Origin: an uncultured archaeon
Lineage (GTDB): Archaea; Aenigmatarchaeota; Aenigmatarchaeia; PWEA01; JAGHBM01
Length of the DNA stretch: 64,000 nucleotides
Assembly: GCA_964640225.1 (NCBI GenBank)
Contig: CAZXFI010000001.1
Coordinates: forward strand, 119,321 to 183,320
Reading direction: 5' to 3'
Made by a program: the position numbers and the translations under genes. Numbering within the stretch: position 1 is the stretch's first letter; each line of letters starts with the position of its first letter. The notes under the pieces are model-generated. The model saw only the letters and a list, made by a program, of their open reading frames with translations. It was not told where the DNA came from and did no database searches. Positions 1-10,113 of this stretch are shown here, piece after piece.

Positions 1-24
1 ACAGACACGGAGGGCGACTTCAGG

Positions 25-666
25 GTGAGACTGGGAATGTCAAACCCCAATCACGTAAAACCTCTGGCGAGCGACCTGATTGAGCTTTACGGAGACAAAA
101 AAATCTACAAATTCCTTCATTTGCCCCTTCAGAGCGGCTCTAACATAGTATTGAGAGACATGAAAAGACATTATGAGACAGAAGATTTTAAAGAATTGGT
201 TAAAAAATTCAGGAAAGAGCTTCCCTTTGTCACTATCTGGACGGATGTGATAGTGGGTTTTCCGGGTGAGACAGAAAAAGATTTTAAAGAGACAATCAGC
301 CTGCTTAAAGAGACAAAACCCGACTTTGTAAACGCCAGCAAGTACGGCAACAGGCCAGGCACCGAGGCCGAGAAAATGGAACAGGTTCCGGGAGAGGTAA
401 TAAAGTCAAGAAGCAGGGAATTGGGCTGTCTTGTTGAAAAGCTTAACATGGAAAGCAACAAAAGGTGGCTGGGAAAAGAGTGTCAGGTTCTTGTCACTGA
501 AAGGGGACGCGGTAAAAACCAGTACACAGGCAGGAACGAGGCCTACAAGTCGGTTCTTATAGAGACAGAAAGAGACTTGCTGGGTAAGTTTGTCACTGTA
601 AAGATAAACGATTCTGGCAAAAGGCACCTCAAGGGCTTCCTAAAATCCCGTAACCAGCCTGATTAG
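25..666 (+). CDS. C-terminal part of a radical-SAM methylthiotransferase (MiaB/MtaB family, TRAM domain). The 5' end lies outside the window.
   Basis: Translation matches the MiaB-like C-terminal region plus TRAM OB-fold (WTDVIVGFPGETE..., KYGNRPGT...). The ORF runs to the window edge. Confidence 0.6.
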   Translation: MRLGMSNPNHVKPLASDLIELYGDKKIYKFLHLPLQSGSNIVLRDMKRHYETEDFKELVKKFRKELPFVTIWTDVIVGFPGETEKDFKETISLLKETKPDFVNASKYGNRPGTEAEKMEQVPGEVIKSRSRELGCLVEKLNMESNKRWLGKECQVLVTERGRGKNQYTGRNEAYKSVLIETERDLLGKFVTVKINDSGKRHLKGFLKSRNQPD

Positions 667-975
667 CCCGGGAATTCCTATTATTTCCAGGGCAAAGTTT
701 ATGCCGTAAGCCAGCATCCCTATTGTTATGGAGTGCTCCCATGATATTCTTAAAAAAAGCTTTATAAGAATCACCCAAACAAGCACACCAAGTATAATTG
801 AAGAATAAGGCATCGGGATGTAAACCAAAGGAAGGAAGTAGTTGGCCATGGTGGCTAAAAAGGCTACGAGCAAAGACCTGGGATAGTTCGGACTTGACCT
901 TAGCAGGCTTACGGACGCTATGAGAGCTATGGAAGACATTGCAAACGATATAATCAGGTAGAACAGGTCAATCAT
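640..975 (-). CDS. Small hydrophobic membrane protein (111 aa), likely co-transcribed with gatDE
   Basis: Three or four predicted TM helices. Its ATG overlaps the gatE stop by 4 nt (ATGA). Confidence 0.4.
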   Translation of the reverse strand: MIDLFYLIISFAMSSIALIASVSLLRSSPNYPRSLLVAFLATMANYFLPLVYIPMPYSSIILGVLVWVILIKLFLRISWEHSITIGMLAYGINFALEIIGIPGLIRLVTGF

Positions 976-2819
976 AAGTGCTCCCCTATTTTCTTTTTAA
1001 GCCTCTCCGCAACAAGGTTTCCGTCTATTTTTCCCCTTGCCTCGGCCATTACAGGCCCCATTAGCTTATTGAAAGATTTTAATCCTTCTTTTTTGATTAA
1101 TTCCTTGTCCAAAACCTTTTCTATTATTTTATCCAGTTCCTGCACGCTTAAAGACTTTACAGAGCCTAAAGATTTCTTCAAGCTTTTTCCGCTTGACATG
1201 CTCTCCAAAACGTCTGGAATTAACTCCTTTGGGATTTCATCCATCTCTTTGAACATATTTTTCAATTCTGAGTTTTTTATTTTTTCTGTGTTTGCTCCCC
1301 TTCGCTTTAAATCCTTAATAACGTTTAAAAGTATGTCTGCCGCCCTTGCATGGTTTATTTTCATTTCAGCAAGCTCTTCAAACAGCGGCAGGAAGCGGGA
1401 TTTTACCATTTGCCCTGCCAAATCCTGCGAAAGACCCATTTTCACGAACCTTTCTTTCCTTTCCTCAAGAGTTTCCGGTATTCGTATGCTGAGCATTTCT
1501 CCGGTAACGCGAATGGGCTTGACATCTGTCTCCGGGTACATCCTTGCCCTTCCCGGCAGGGGCCTCAGATAAGAGGTTGTGAGGTCCTGATTAGCCATTC
1601 TTGTCTCCTCCGGTACCCCTTCCAGGGTTTTCTCCGCCCTTTCCAGGACTGACATACAAGCTTTCTTTGCCCTTTCCTCTTCCTCTGCGATTATTCCTAC
1701 AACGTCTCTGTCAGTGCAGTCAAAACTCTTCCTGAGCTTCAGGAACTCCCTTGTAAGGTTGTATTTTCCTATATCCTCATCTGAATGGATGAAGCCGCGC
1801 ACCCCATATGGCTTCGCGTAATCGGAAAGCTCCCTACCGAAGGTTTTTTCCAGGCTTATGCTCCTCTTCAGAAGCCCCGCAAAACCCTTCAACTTAAAGG
1901 CAAAAACCTTTTTTTCCTCTTCAAGAAGCTTTGATATCATGGCGTTCCTGGTGTTGCCGAAAAGCAGCGTGACATCCAGTATCTCCTTGTCCACCATGGC
2001 TTGTCTCTCTGCCAGCTCGCTCCTTATTTCAATCAGGCCGGCCTGCCTCTCCACCTCGGCCTCTATGACCTTGTCCATGGTCCTCAGCTCCTGGAGGCCT
2101 TTAATCTCTATCCTTGCCCCATCCTTTATGGAGACGTTTACGTCCTGCCTTATGGTGCCTATTCCCCTCTTGACACTCCCTGTCGCTCTGAGAAGCATGC
2201 CTATTTTCTCCGCGGTCTCCTTTGCATGGGCCGGGCTCTTTATATCGGGCGCCGTGCCCACCTCAATAAGGGGGATGCCCAGCCTGTCAAGCCCGTAAAC
2301 CACCTTGTCGCCTTTTCTTTCAATTATCCTGGCGGCCTCTTCCTCAAGGCACACGTTTGTCACGCCGACCCTTCCCAAGGTCGTGTCCAGGAAACCGTCC
2401 ATGCCGACTACGGCAGTCCTCTGGAAACCGGAGGTATTGGAGCCGTCTATGACCGTTTTCCTCATGAAGTGGATTTCATCCGGTATGTCGCAGTTAAGCA
2501 TCCTGGCCATCTGTATGGCAATCCTGAAGGCCTCCGGATTCACGCCGTGAGGAGGCTCCTCGTCCCCTTCCACCAGGCAGCTCTCCCTGTCGTAAACGTT
2601 GTAAAGGAAAGACTTCTTCCTGAGAGACTCAAAGGCAGCGGCCCTGTCTATTTCCCCTGTTTCCCCGGCAACAGGCCTGAGCCGCCTTTCTATGCGAAAT
2701 ACAGGACTTTCATCCGTCATTCTTGAAATGCATTTGCAGAAAAGCTTCTTTGTATCCAACTGCTGGTGTATTTCAACCCCGGCCTTGAAGCCGAGTTTTT
2801 CAAAATTCAGACCTGTCAT
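972..2819 (-). CDS. gatE: Glutamyl-tRNA(Gln) amidotransferase subunit E
   Basis: 615 aa. N-terminus LGFKAGVEIHQQL is typical of GatE, and the C-terminus is GatB/YqeY-like. It lies next to gatD. Confidence 0.9.
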   Translation of the reverse strand: MTGLNFEKLGFKAGVEIHQQLDTKKLFCKCISRMTDESPVFRIERRLRPVAGETGEIDRAAAFESLRKKSFLYNVYDRESCLVEGDEEPPHGVNPEAFRIAIQMARMLNCDIPDEIHFMRKTVIDGSNTSGFQRTAVVGMDGFLDTTLGRVGVTNVCLEEEAARIIERKGDKVVYGLDRLGIPLIEVGTAPDIKSPAHAKETAEKIGMLLRATGSVKRGIGTIRQDVNVSIKDGARIEIKGLQELRTMDKVIEAEVERQAGLIEIRSELAERQAMVDKEILDVTLLFGNTRNAMISKLLEEEKKVFAFKLKGFAGLLKRSISLEKTFGRELSDYAKPYGVRGFIHSDEDIGKYNLTREFLKLRKSFDCTDRDVVGIIAEEEERAKKACMSVLERAEKTLEGVPEETRMANQDLTTSYLRPLPGRARMYPETDVKPIRVTGEMLSIRIPETLEERKERFVKMGLSQDLAGQMVKSRFLPLFEELAEMKINHARAADILLNVIKDLKRRGANTEKIKNSELKNMFKEMDEIPKELIPDVLESMSSGKSLKKSLGSVKSLSVQELDKIIEKVLDKELIKKEGLKSFNKLMGPVMAEARGKIDGNLVAERLKKKIGEHL

Positions 2820-4116
2820 TTATCTCTCCTCTCAAGTTCTCCCTTAAAAGCCTTTCCGCCTCCTCCCTTTTCTTGTAGTTGCCCAGAAGCCACGCAAGCT
2901 TTATGTAGGCTGTTTCTGCTGTCATATCTTCGCCCGGTATGACTCCCATCTCCTCAAGCTCCCTTCCCGTGGAATAAACGTTCATGTTTATCCTTCCGTT
3001 AAGGCACTGGGAAGTCATCACCACTATTCCTTTCTTCAAAAAAGCCTGAATTCCCTTGTAGAGCTCTTTGGGGACATGTCCTAGCCCGGTTCCCTCCAGA
3101 ACCAGGCCTTTATACCCTTCCTTTACAAAAAAGTTCATTATCTTGGCTTCCATGTCAGGATAAGCCTTTAAAAGAGCTACATTGTCCTCAAAATTGGATT
3201 TTACGTTTAACTTACGCGAAGCGTCTCTTTTTCTATAATCCTCCCTGAAAAACCTTATATTCCCCTCGGGAGACACCAGAGCCCACGGGGTAGAATTAAC
3301 GGACTTGAAAGCGTCCCTCCTGCTCGTGTGCATCTTCCTTGCCTTGCACGCGGGATATACAAGGCAAAAGTCATCGCTTTCCGTGGCATGCATGCACAAC
3401 CCGACTTCCCCGAAATCGGTTTCTGTCAGGAACCTTACCGCGCATATAAGGTTAAACGGGCCGTCGGAAGAGGCGCGGTCGCTGGACCTCTGTGAACCAA
3501 CGAGAACCACGGGCACGGGAAGCTCTTCCAACGCGAAAGCCAGGGCACAGGCCGTGTAATGGAGCGTGTCGGTGCCGTGGGTAACCAGGATGCCGTCGCA
3601 TCCGCTTTCCACCTCTTTCTGTATTTCCTTGGCGAGTTTCTTGTAATCGGAGAATTTCATGTTTTCCGAAAGGATGTTCTCCACCTGCCTTCCGTGAATG
3701 TTGGCCATCTCGGCGAGTTCCGGCACGGAATCCACCAAATCCTCCGCCGTGAAGCTTGGTATAACTCCTCCTGTCTTGTAATCCACTCTGGAGGCTATTG
3801 TTCCCCCCATTGAAAGAATAGAAATTTTTGGCTTGCTTTTATCGTGAACTTGGGGTTTAAAAGGTTTTTTAGGTTCTTTCATGCCCTTTGAAACAAGGGT
3901 GACCCCTACTTCCTTTGAATAAGCCATGCCCACGTTATATCCGTTATCAAGCTTTATAACCAAAGCGTTTCGGTCTCCCATGTCTATCCTTGGCATGAGC
4001 GTGCCTGAATAAACGTTATCTTCTTTTTTCACCTCTACACTATCGCCGATTTCTATTTTCTTCTTTTTCAGCATGTTTTGTATTTCCCTGGAGTACATAT
4101 CTGAAACCCTAATCAT
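2800..4116 (-). CDS. gatD: Glutamyl-tRNA(Gln) amidotransferase subunit D (asparaginase-like)
   Basis: 438 aa. Asparaginase motifs are present (SMGGTIAS, HGTDTL). The gene overlaps gatE by 20 nt. Confidence 0.9.
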   Translation of the reverse strand: MIRVSDMYSREIQNMLKKKKIEIGDSVEVKKEDNVYSGTLMPRIDMGDRNALVIKLDNGYNVGMAYSKEVGVTLVSKGMKEPKKPFKPQVHDKSKPKISILSMGGTIASRVDYKTGGVIPSFTAEDLVDSVPELAEMANIHGRQVENILSENMKFSDYKKLAKEIQKEVESGCDGILVTHGTDTLHYTACALAFALEELPVPVVLVGSQRSSDRASSDGPFNLICAVRFLTETDFGEVGLCMHATESDDFCLVYPACKARKMHTSRRDAFKSVNSTPWALVSPEGNIRFFREDYRKRDASRKLNVKSNFEDNVALLKAYPDMEAKIMNFFVKEGYKGLVLEGTGLGHVPKELYKGIQAFLKKGIVVMTSQCLNGRINMNVYSTGRELEEMGVIPGEDMTAETAYIKLAWLLGNYKKREEAERLLRENLRGEINDRSEF

Positions 4117-4138
4117 ATATCATTTTCTTATTATAAAT

Positions 4139-6814
4139 TTACGTGGTGGCCACACTGACCTTTGTTTTTTCTCCCGAGTATCCCTCGTTCTTTATGAAAA
4201 GGTCGTAGTATCCCCCGGCCCACCTCTCGTCGTTCACTATGTCTATTTTGTCAAAATTGAGTATTATGTTTATCACGTAGCTTATGGCCTCGTACGAGAA
4301 GGCGGGAAAAATCATGTCCCAGAAATCCCCGGAAGCTATGGAGTTTTCCTTTCCCTCCACGTTTGAGCACCCCTCCATACTGAAGGCAAGCAGGACGTCA
4401 TAAAGGGAGGTAATGCTGGCGTTGTAGGAATTGCCGTCCCGGCTATAATTTGAGTAAAGCGGCTCCTGGCCCGCGAAAACCCAGGCCACGAAAAGGTTGT
4501 TGTCCGAATCCTCGGTGCATACCCACCTGTCGCTCTGGTTCGCAAACGAATTACCGGAAAGCGCGAAGTCAAGCCCGTGAGCGGCGTGGTAAAGAACGTG
4601 GCTGCAGTTTACCGTGTAGCTCTCAACCAGAGGATTATGGGAGCCGTTGAGCTCTATCCTTACCTTGAGGTTTTTTCCGGGATTGGTGAATACATGCTCC
4701 TCGCTTTTGTTCACCTCCTCCCAGTCCGTGCCGTTATTTGCGGAGAGGTAGTATCTTATGCCCTGGCCTGTGTCGCTTGCCCATAGAGTAGCTTTTGCTA
4801 TGTTCTGGGTGGAAAAGGTACCGGAAACAGCGTAGCCAGGCCAATGCGTTTCCTCCTCCCCGATTGAATAGTCCGGGGGATTCCCGATTCCCTGCTCCCT
4901 GTAGGCGTCCCTGGAAACCTCTCCGTAGGAGGAGTTGCGGAAAAGGTACACGTAATAGGTTAGGTTCAACCCGGAAATGTCCGTGAAATGCCACCACTCG
5001 CTGATTCTGAAGCCGTTCCAGTTCTCATCCAGCATCCTGATTTTGTTGAAACTGCTCATCTGCGAGGTGTTGGGGAACATGACAGCAAAAGTGTTGTCCG
5101 AATTCATGTCCTCCTTGACGGCGTACCAGTAGCCCCCCAGTTCAGACTTCAGGTAATCCCTGCTGTAACCCGAGGGCAGGCCTGCCTGAGAAGCTCCGCA
5201 CACGTTGGTTATGAGATGGGTGGTGTTTTCAAATGCTATACAGTGGTATCCGTTGCTGGGCCAGTCTACCAGCATGTACCACGAAACATTCACGGAGGGC
5301 GAATCCGTGTCAAACTCGTCCCTTACCTTGTAGTAGGGTTTGTCGTCAAAGAAAATAAAATACCTCGTGTCGCTCACCGAGTCTCCCTCTATAACGCCGC
5401 TCCAGTTTGACTTTATTACCGTGGCCAAGGGCCCCTCGTCCGTTACCTCGTAGCTGTAGGTGGACTGGCCCATTGTGTAGTTGTCCTTTCCAGTGGGGTT
5501 GTTGTTGTAAAGTATGTTTGAGGTCTTGGGAGGCACGTCCTGCCCGTTTGTCACCGAAAGAATATCAGTCGCCTGTGATAAGGGATAACCCACATCCGCC
5601 GAGGTCCCGCCTCCCGTGTATTCAACGTAATAATCGCCTGTTATCTGAAAATAACCGGAGCCCGCGGCCAGGCCCGGAGAGTCTTCGGGATAACCGGGGT
5701 ACTGGGCATAGGAATTGTTGTAATAGACGTAATAGGTTTCCGTGGAGCCGTTTTCTATGCTTACCTCAAACAGCACCCTGGCTTCCTGGCACTTTTCCTG
5801 GTACACCTCCCCGAAAACCTGGGAAGGCATCTCGTTCCCCAGGGAATCCGTGACCCTTATCTCCCTGCTGCAGTTTTCCGCGGAATTCCCGAAATCCAGG
5901 GGCAAGTCCACGGTGTAGTTAGTGAGATTGGAATTCTGGCCGTTGGTTATGTTTATCTCCCTTCTCTTTCCCCAGCTGTAGTTCCACCAGTCAAGCACCA
6001 GGTTTCCGTCCTCTACCGTAGCGTTTACAAGCGTTTCAAAATCGGATTCCGAGTCTATCGGGTTGTAAATCACGGAATATGCCTGCTCGTTCAGGCTTAT
6101 GTCGGCCTTTACAAAGTCTGATTTTGCGCTTAAAACGTAGGTTATGCTGTAATTGAATCCGGAATCCAGCGTAAGGCTCACCTTTATTCTTCCCATGCCA
6201 AGGTGGCTTCCTGAATCCAGAAGTTCGGTGTAGCCCGTGCCTGAAGACGAGTTCTCCATATCCAGTATGCTTACCTGCGAGCCGTTGGGCGTTACGTTGA
6301 AACCGGAATCCTTTATCCACAGCTTTTTGATTAGTTTCCCCGTGTCAAGGCTTTCCGGGCTTGTGATGTTGCCTGTCTTGTTTACTGCAAAAAGCACGCG
6401 GGAGTTTTCCAGGACAAGCTCCTTCTTTCCGTCGCCCGTGACATCGGCCTCGTAAGCCCTCACGTCTGCTCCCGTGGATATCACAATGTCTCCCTCTCTT
6501 TTCCACATGCCTTTGGAAAAAAGCTCGTGCTCGCTTTCCATTTCATAAATCACCGAGTTGTCCGCCGAGGAAACCTTGTATTCCCCCTTGCCCACGGTTA
6601 TGCCTATTTTCCTGGAACTCCCGTTGCCCTCGTAAGAGACCTCTTTCACGGCGGAATTTATCCTGTGCATGGAATTTTTTGCCTCGGAAAAGCTTGAAAA
6701 TTCCTCTGTTTTTTCCAGGAGCGGGCTGCCAACTCTCAGAACCAGAGCTATTGAAGCCATGGAAACAGCGACAATCAGAATCAGGGACATCATGGGGCTT
6801 ATTCCTTTGCGCAT
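4139..6814 (-). CDS. Giant (891 aa) class-III-signal-peptide (prepilin-like) surface glycoprotein
   Basis: N-terminus MRKGISPMMSLILIVAVSMASIALV has a KG|I motif followed by a hydrophobic helix. The protein carries dozens of N-x-S/T sequons. It is the last gene of the pilus-like operon. Confidence 0.6.
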   Translation of the reverse strand: MRKGISPMMSLILIVAVSMASIALVLRVGSPLLEKTEEFSSFSEAKNSMHRINSAVKEVSYEGNGSSRKIGITVGKGEYKVSSADNSVIYEMESEHELFSKGMWKREGDIVISTGADVRAYEADVTGDGKKELVLENSRVLFAVNKTGNITSPESLDTGKLIKKLWIKDSGFNVTPNGSQVSILDMENSSSGTGYTELLDSGSHLGMGRIKVSLTLDSGFNYSITYVLSAKSDFVKADISLNEQAYSVIYNPIDSESDFETLVNATVEDGNLVLDWWNYSWGKRREINITNGQNSNLTNYTVDLPLDFGNSAENCSREIRVTDSLGNEMPSQVFGEVYQEKCQEARVLFEVSIENGSTETYYVYYNNSYAQYPGYPEDSPGLAAGSGYFQITGDYYVEYTGGGTSADVGYPLSQATDILSVTNGQDVPPKTSNILYNNNPTGKDNYTMGQSTYSYEVTDEGPLATVIKSNWSGVIEGDSVSDTRYFIFFDDKPYYKVRDEFDTDSPSVNVSWYMLVDWPSNGYHCIAFENTTHLITNVCGASQAGLPSGYSRDYLKSELGGYWYAVKEDMNSDNTFAVMFPNTSQMSSFNKIRMLDENWNGFRISEWWHFTDISGLNLTYYVYLFRNSSYGEVSRDAYREQGIGNPPDYSIGEEETHWPGYAVSGTFSTQNIAKATLWASDTGQGIRYYLSANNGTDWEEVNKSEEHVFTNPGKNLKVRIELNGSHNPLVESYTVNCSHVLYHAAHGLDFALSGNSFANQSDRWVCTEDSDNNLFVAWVFAGQEPLYSNYSRDGNSYNASITSLYDVLLAFSMEGCSNVEGKENSIASGDFWDMIFPAFSYEAISYVINIILNFDKIDIVNDERWAGGYYDLFIKNEGYSGEKTKVSVATT

Positions 6815-6844
6815 GATAATAATTGGTGGCCAGATATTAAAAAA

Positions 6845-7336
6845 TCAAAGAACGCTGAAAAGGATTTCCGGCCCGCCGCCTGAGGTGCCGTTGTTCTTTA
6901 CAACGAAATTATGGTAACCCGAGGACCATCTTTCATCCGTTGCTATGTCAACGCTCGTGTAGTTAAGCTTTATTCTGACTGTGTGATTGTCAAAAAACTC
7001 CATGAAAAGGTCTCCTTCCGTTAAGGTGCCCGGGGAGAAAAGCTCCTGGTCACTGTTCATTACGAAAAAAACAGAATCCGAGGCCGACGAAATCCTGTAC
7101 TCGCCCCCGCTCACGGAAAAGGAAAGCTTCCTTGAAGAGCCCTCGCCCTCAAAGGCCACCACTCTGATAGCCGAATTTATTGAGTTTAAAACGCCTTTAG
7201 CCTCCGTCACCATGGCATACCCCTCCACCTTCTCGTAAGAGCCGCTCCAGGACCTGAAAACCAGGACGGTTGCCGCCACGGAAATTGCCACAACAAGCAT
7301 GAAGGCTATGAAGGGGCTTATGCCTTTGCTGAACAT
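6845..7336 (-). CDS. Pilin/FlaG-FlaF-like protein with class III signal peptide (163 aa)
   Basis: MFSKGISPFIAFMLVVAISVAATVLVF. Confidence 0.55.
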   Translation of the reverse strand: MFSKGISPFIAFMLVVAISVAATVLVFRSWSGSYEKVEGYAMVTEAKGVLNSINSAIRVVAFEGEGSSRKLSFSVSGGEYRISSASDSVFFVMNSDQELFSPGTLTEGDLFMEFFDNHTVRIKLNYTSVDIATDERWSSGYHNFVVKNNGTSGGGPEILFSVL

Positions 7337-7345
7337 GGAATTACC

Positions 7346-7807
7346 TCAACAGTCATCTATATCCGTGCCCTGAATTTCGTCCCTTGCATCAGTGGGGCAG
7401 GTGCCGGAATAGAATATCACCCTGCTTATCTCGCTGCAGTTTCCAACGTGGGTTTCGTTGTAAAAAACCTCAACGTCCCCGGGAGCCAGCGTGGTGCTGG
7501 GGGCCACCCTGAGAGTTGAAGCGGTGTTGTTGGCGTATATCACGACAACCCTGAAATCCGAAAGGTCTTCGCTGTCTGTGTTTTCCACGATAAAAGAAAG
7601 CTTGGTGCCGGATTCGTTCCAGTCCGCGTCGCTTATCCTCAGGTTGGCATAGGAACACCTTATATCCTCCTCGCCCTTCTGCCTTATTTCCTCGGTCCTT
7701 TCCTTGGAAAAGGATACGAGCCACCCGGATAGAATACCGCCCACTGCTATTACAAAGGCTATGAGAAGTATGGTTGCTATAAGGGGTGATATTCCTTTGG
7801 GGGCCAT
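7346..7807 (-). CDS. Pilin-like protein with class III signal peptide (153 aa)
   Basis: MAPKGISPLIATILLIAFVIAVGGIL. It is a paralog of the next gene. Confidence 0.55.
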   Translation of the reverse strand: MAPKGISPLIATILLIAFVIAVGGILSGWLVSFSKERTEEIRQKGEEDIRCSYANLRISDADWNESGTKLSFIVENTDSEDLSDFRVVVIYANNTASTLRVAPSTTLAPGDVEVFYNETHVGNCSEISRVIFYSGTCPTDARDEIQGTDIDDC

Positions 7808-7835
7808 GAATAATATTTGTAATCCAATAAATAAA

Positions 7836-8303
7836 TTAGCAATTGAACTTTCCCGAAGAGTAAATGCAGGTAAAAATTGACTCCCTGGGGCAGTAAAGGC
7901 TCCTTACCTGCAGCTTTTCCGGGGTGTCCGTGACGTTATAGGCCGTGAAAGTGTGGAAATCCCCTGTCTTGAGGGTTATATTGGCCTCCTCCGGATTCAG
8001 AGTGCTTATGTTTACATCCGAATAGTAAACCAGGAACTGGAACTCGGAAAGGTCCACTTTTCCCATGTTCCACAGCACTGCGACTATCTTCTCATCACTC
8101 TCGTCGTAAACCGCGGTTTCCACCTGCAGGTTCGCATTCTGGCAGTTTGAAGCTATTTCCTCCCCGGCCCTCGTGAACTCCTCGGTCTGCTCCTTGGCAA
8201 AGGAGGTGGACCAGGAGGCCAGGAAAGTGGCCACTGTTATCGTGAAAGCTATCAAAAGAATGGCTGCTATAAGGGGACTTATACCTTTTCTTGACATAAA
8301 CAT
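7836..8303 (-). CDS. Pilin-like protein with class III signal peptide (155 aa)
   Basis: MFMSRKGISPLIAAILLIAFTITVATFLASW. It is a tandem paralog of 7346-7807. Confidence 0.55.
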   Translation of the reverse strand: MFMSRKGISPLIAAILLIAFTITVATFLASWSTSFAKEQTEEFTRAGEEIASNCQNANLQVETAVYDESDEKIVAVLWNMGKVDLSEFQFLVYYSDVNISTLNPEEANITLKTGDFHTFTAYNVTDTPEKLQVRSLYCPRESIFTCIYSSGKFNC

Positions 8304-8343
8304 TTAGTTTTCTCCACCTTTATTTAAATAGGTTTCAAAAAAC

Positions 8344-8931
8344 CTAACCCTTGCCCGAAATCTGGAACCTGTCGCTTATGTAAGAGCCGTCATACTTCAT
8401 TCTGAAGTCGTAAAAAACCGTAACGTATCTTGAAGGACCGGCCCTGGCGCTGAAGGTCCTGTTTGCATCCCCGGACTCGGAGCCGGTGTAGCTTACGTTT
8501 ATTTCAAACATTTCTTCCGCGCCGGGGGAATGGGTGAAATTGACGTAACCGCTTTCCCCCTCGCCCAGTGAACCCGGGGAATCGGTTTCATCGGTAAGGT
8601 TCTGGCTCACCTGCACGTTTTCCATACTCTCGTTAAGGAGGTTTACCAGGGTTATGTTGAGGCTGGTTCCCTTGAAATCCGATATTGAGTAGAAGATATC
8701 CACGTCCCTGTCGCTCTTCAGGAATTCTGAAAACCTGTAAACCGCGCTGTAGTTGTCCTTCCATATCGCTATTTCCCCGGACCTCCTTAGCTCGTTCCTG
8801 ATGTTGTCAAAAATGTTTATGTTGGAAGTATCGGAAAACTCGTAGCTTCCCGTGTAGGACATTTCAACCTTGATAAGGAACAAAACCAAGACCATTATAA
8901 TCGCCGTTATTATCAGAACCTGACCTTTCAT
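8344..8931 (-). CDS. Pilin-like protein (about 195 aa). The start was moved to the internal Met that precedes the TM helix.
   Basis: MKGQVLIITAIIMVLVLFLIKV has a KGQ class-III-like motif. Using this start gives a 4-nt ATGA overlap with the upstream gene. The track ORF extends to 9087. Confidence 0.45.
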   Translation of the reverse strand: MKGQVLIITAIIMVLVLFLIKVEMSYTGSYEFSDTSNINIFDNIRNELRRSGEIAIWKDNYSAVYRFSEFLKSDRDVDIFYSISDFKGTSLNITLVNLLNESMENVQVSQNLTDETDSPGSLGEGESGYVNFTHSPGAEEMFEINVSYTGSESGDANRTFSARAGPSRYVTVFYDFRMKYDGSYISDRFQISGKG

Positions 8932-9311
8932 TGCAACCACATGCTTAACTTGACCTTTAGCGGGTCCGGGTTCACGTCCCCGGCTATAAAATAGCTTGAA
9001 ACTATCACAGTTCGGTTTTCCGGAAGTGACGCCGGCGTGCAGGATGCCCTGCATACCTGGACCGTGTAGTTCATGCCGGCCAGGCACTCCGACAAACCCG
9101 CCTCTATTCCCGAGCTGTCATCACCTAAGGCCATGGGCCTCAAAACCGCGTTTTCATCCAGGGATTTCAGGCAGTAATAACCCCTTTCCGATACGCCTAT
9201 GCTGTAAGTGTCATCTGCAGGCGCCCTGAAGAAAAAAAGCAGGGCCGTGACTACAAGAAGCCCTGCTATAACCGCTTCCAGGGTGAAAGACATTCCCTTA
9301 TTTCCATACAT
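8928..9311 (-). CDS. Pilin-like protein (127 aa)
   Basis: MYGNKGMSFTLEAVIAGLLVVTALLFFF (KG|M followed by a hydrophobic helix). Confidence 0.5.
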   Translation of the reverse strand: MYGNKGMSFTLEAVIAGLLVVTALLFFFRAPADDTYSIGVSERGYYCLKSLDENAVLRPMALGDDSSGIEAGLSECLAGMNYTVQVCRASCTPASLPENRTVIVSSYFIAGDVNPDPLKVKLSMWLQ

Positions 9312-10113
9312 AAGTTACCGCGCTCACGCTCTCTACATGGCCTGTTGAATTCTGAAGAAGCACTTTCTTCCTGTTTACCCCCGTGTTCCTGTCCGTGAGT
9401 TCGTAGCCGTAGTGCCAGGCTCCCCCGGTTTTTTCCACCGCCAGCCTAAAGGGACAGTCAACCCCGAACTTTTCCCTGGCCTCCTTCAGTTCCATGTCGG
9501 CCAGCGCGTTCATCTTTGATGTGGTCAGGCCCGTGTATCTCTGCGGGCTTATCTGGGTTACGTTCAATGTGTTGTTGGTTTCAGGAAGGGATCCGTAGCC
9601 GAAATTTGTCTCGTTGTCCCTTGAATAGAATATGTGAATTATTTTTTCCCCGTAAGAAGGCACGGAAACGTTGAAAGTCACGTTAACTTCATCCAGAAAA
9701 CCGTCCCCGTCCGAGTCCGTCACGTCTTTCAGCTCCGCCTCAAGGGTCTGGTTTCCGTCGTAAACCACTATTGAGCCGTTGTAGGCATTCTCGCCGGTTT
9801 CTATGTAGGCGAATCCCGTGACCCCGCTGTTGTCGGTGCCGTTCCACTCCTCCAGATGGAGGTCAACCCTGTATATACAGGAGCCCAGGCTGGGCTTCAC
9901 GGAATTTCCGGACCACTGCCACTCTTCCGGAATGCCCTGGTCGTTGAAAACCGTGTCGCTGAGCCCCTTTGCCAGGTGCTTGATTTCAAGGGACATACCC
10001 GTGTTCAACACTGGCTGGAGGAAATGGGACGAGTACAGCACGCTCAGGAAAACCACGAACATGGTTATGACCACGGCGAAAACAAGGTCTATCTGGTTGA
10101 AACCTTTCCTCAT
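9298..10113 (-). CDS. Pilin-like protein (271 aa)
   Basis: MRKGFNQIDLVFAVVITMFVVFLSVLY (RKG|F motif). N-glycosylation sequons are present. Confidence 0.5.
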   Translation of the reverse strand: MRKGFNQIDLVFAVVITMFVVFLSVLYSSHFLQPVLNTGMSLEIKHLAKGLSDTVFNDQGIPEEWQWSGNSVKPSLGSCIYRVDLHLEEWNGTDNSGVTGFAYIETGENAYNGSIVVYDGNQTLEAELKDVTDSDGDGFLDEVNVTFNVSVPSYGEKIIHIFYSRDNETNFGYGSLPETNNTLNVTQISPQRYTGLTTSKMNALADMELKEAREKFGVDCPFRLAVEKTGGAWHYGYELTDRNTGVNRKKVLLQNSTGHVESVSAVTYVWK

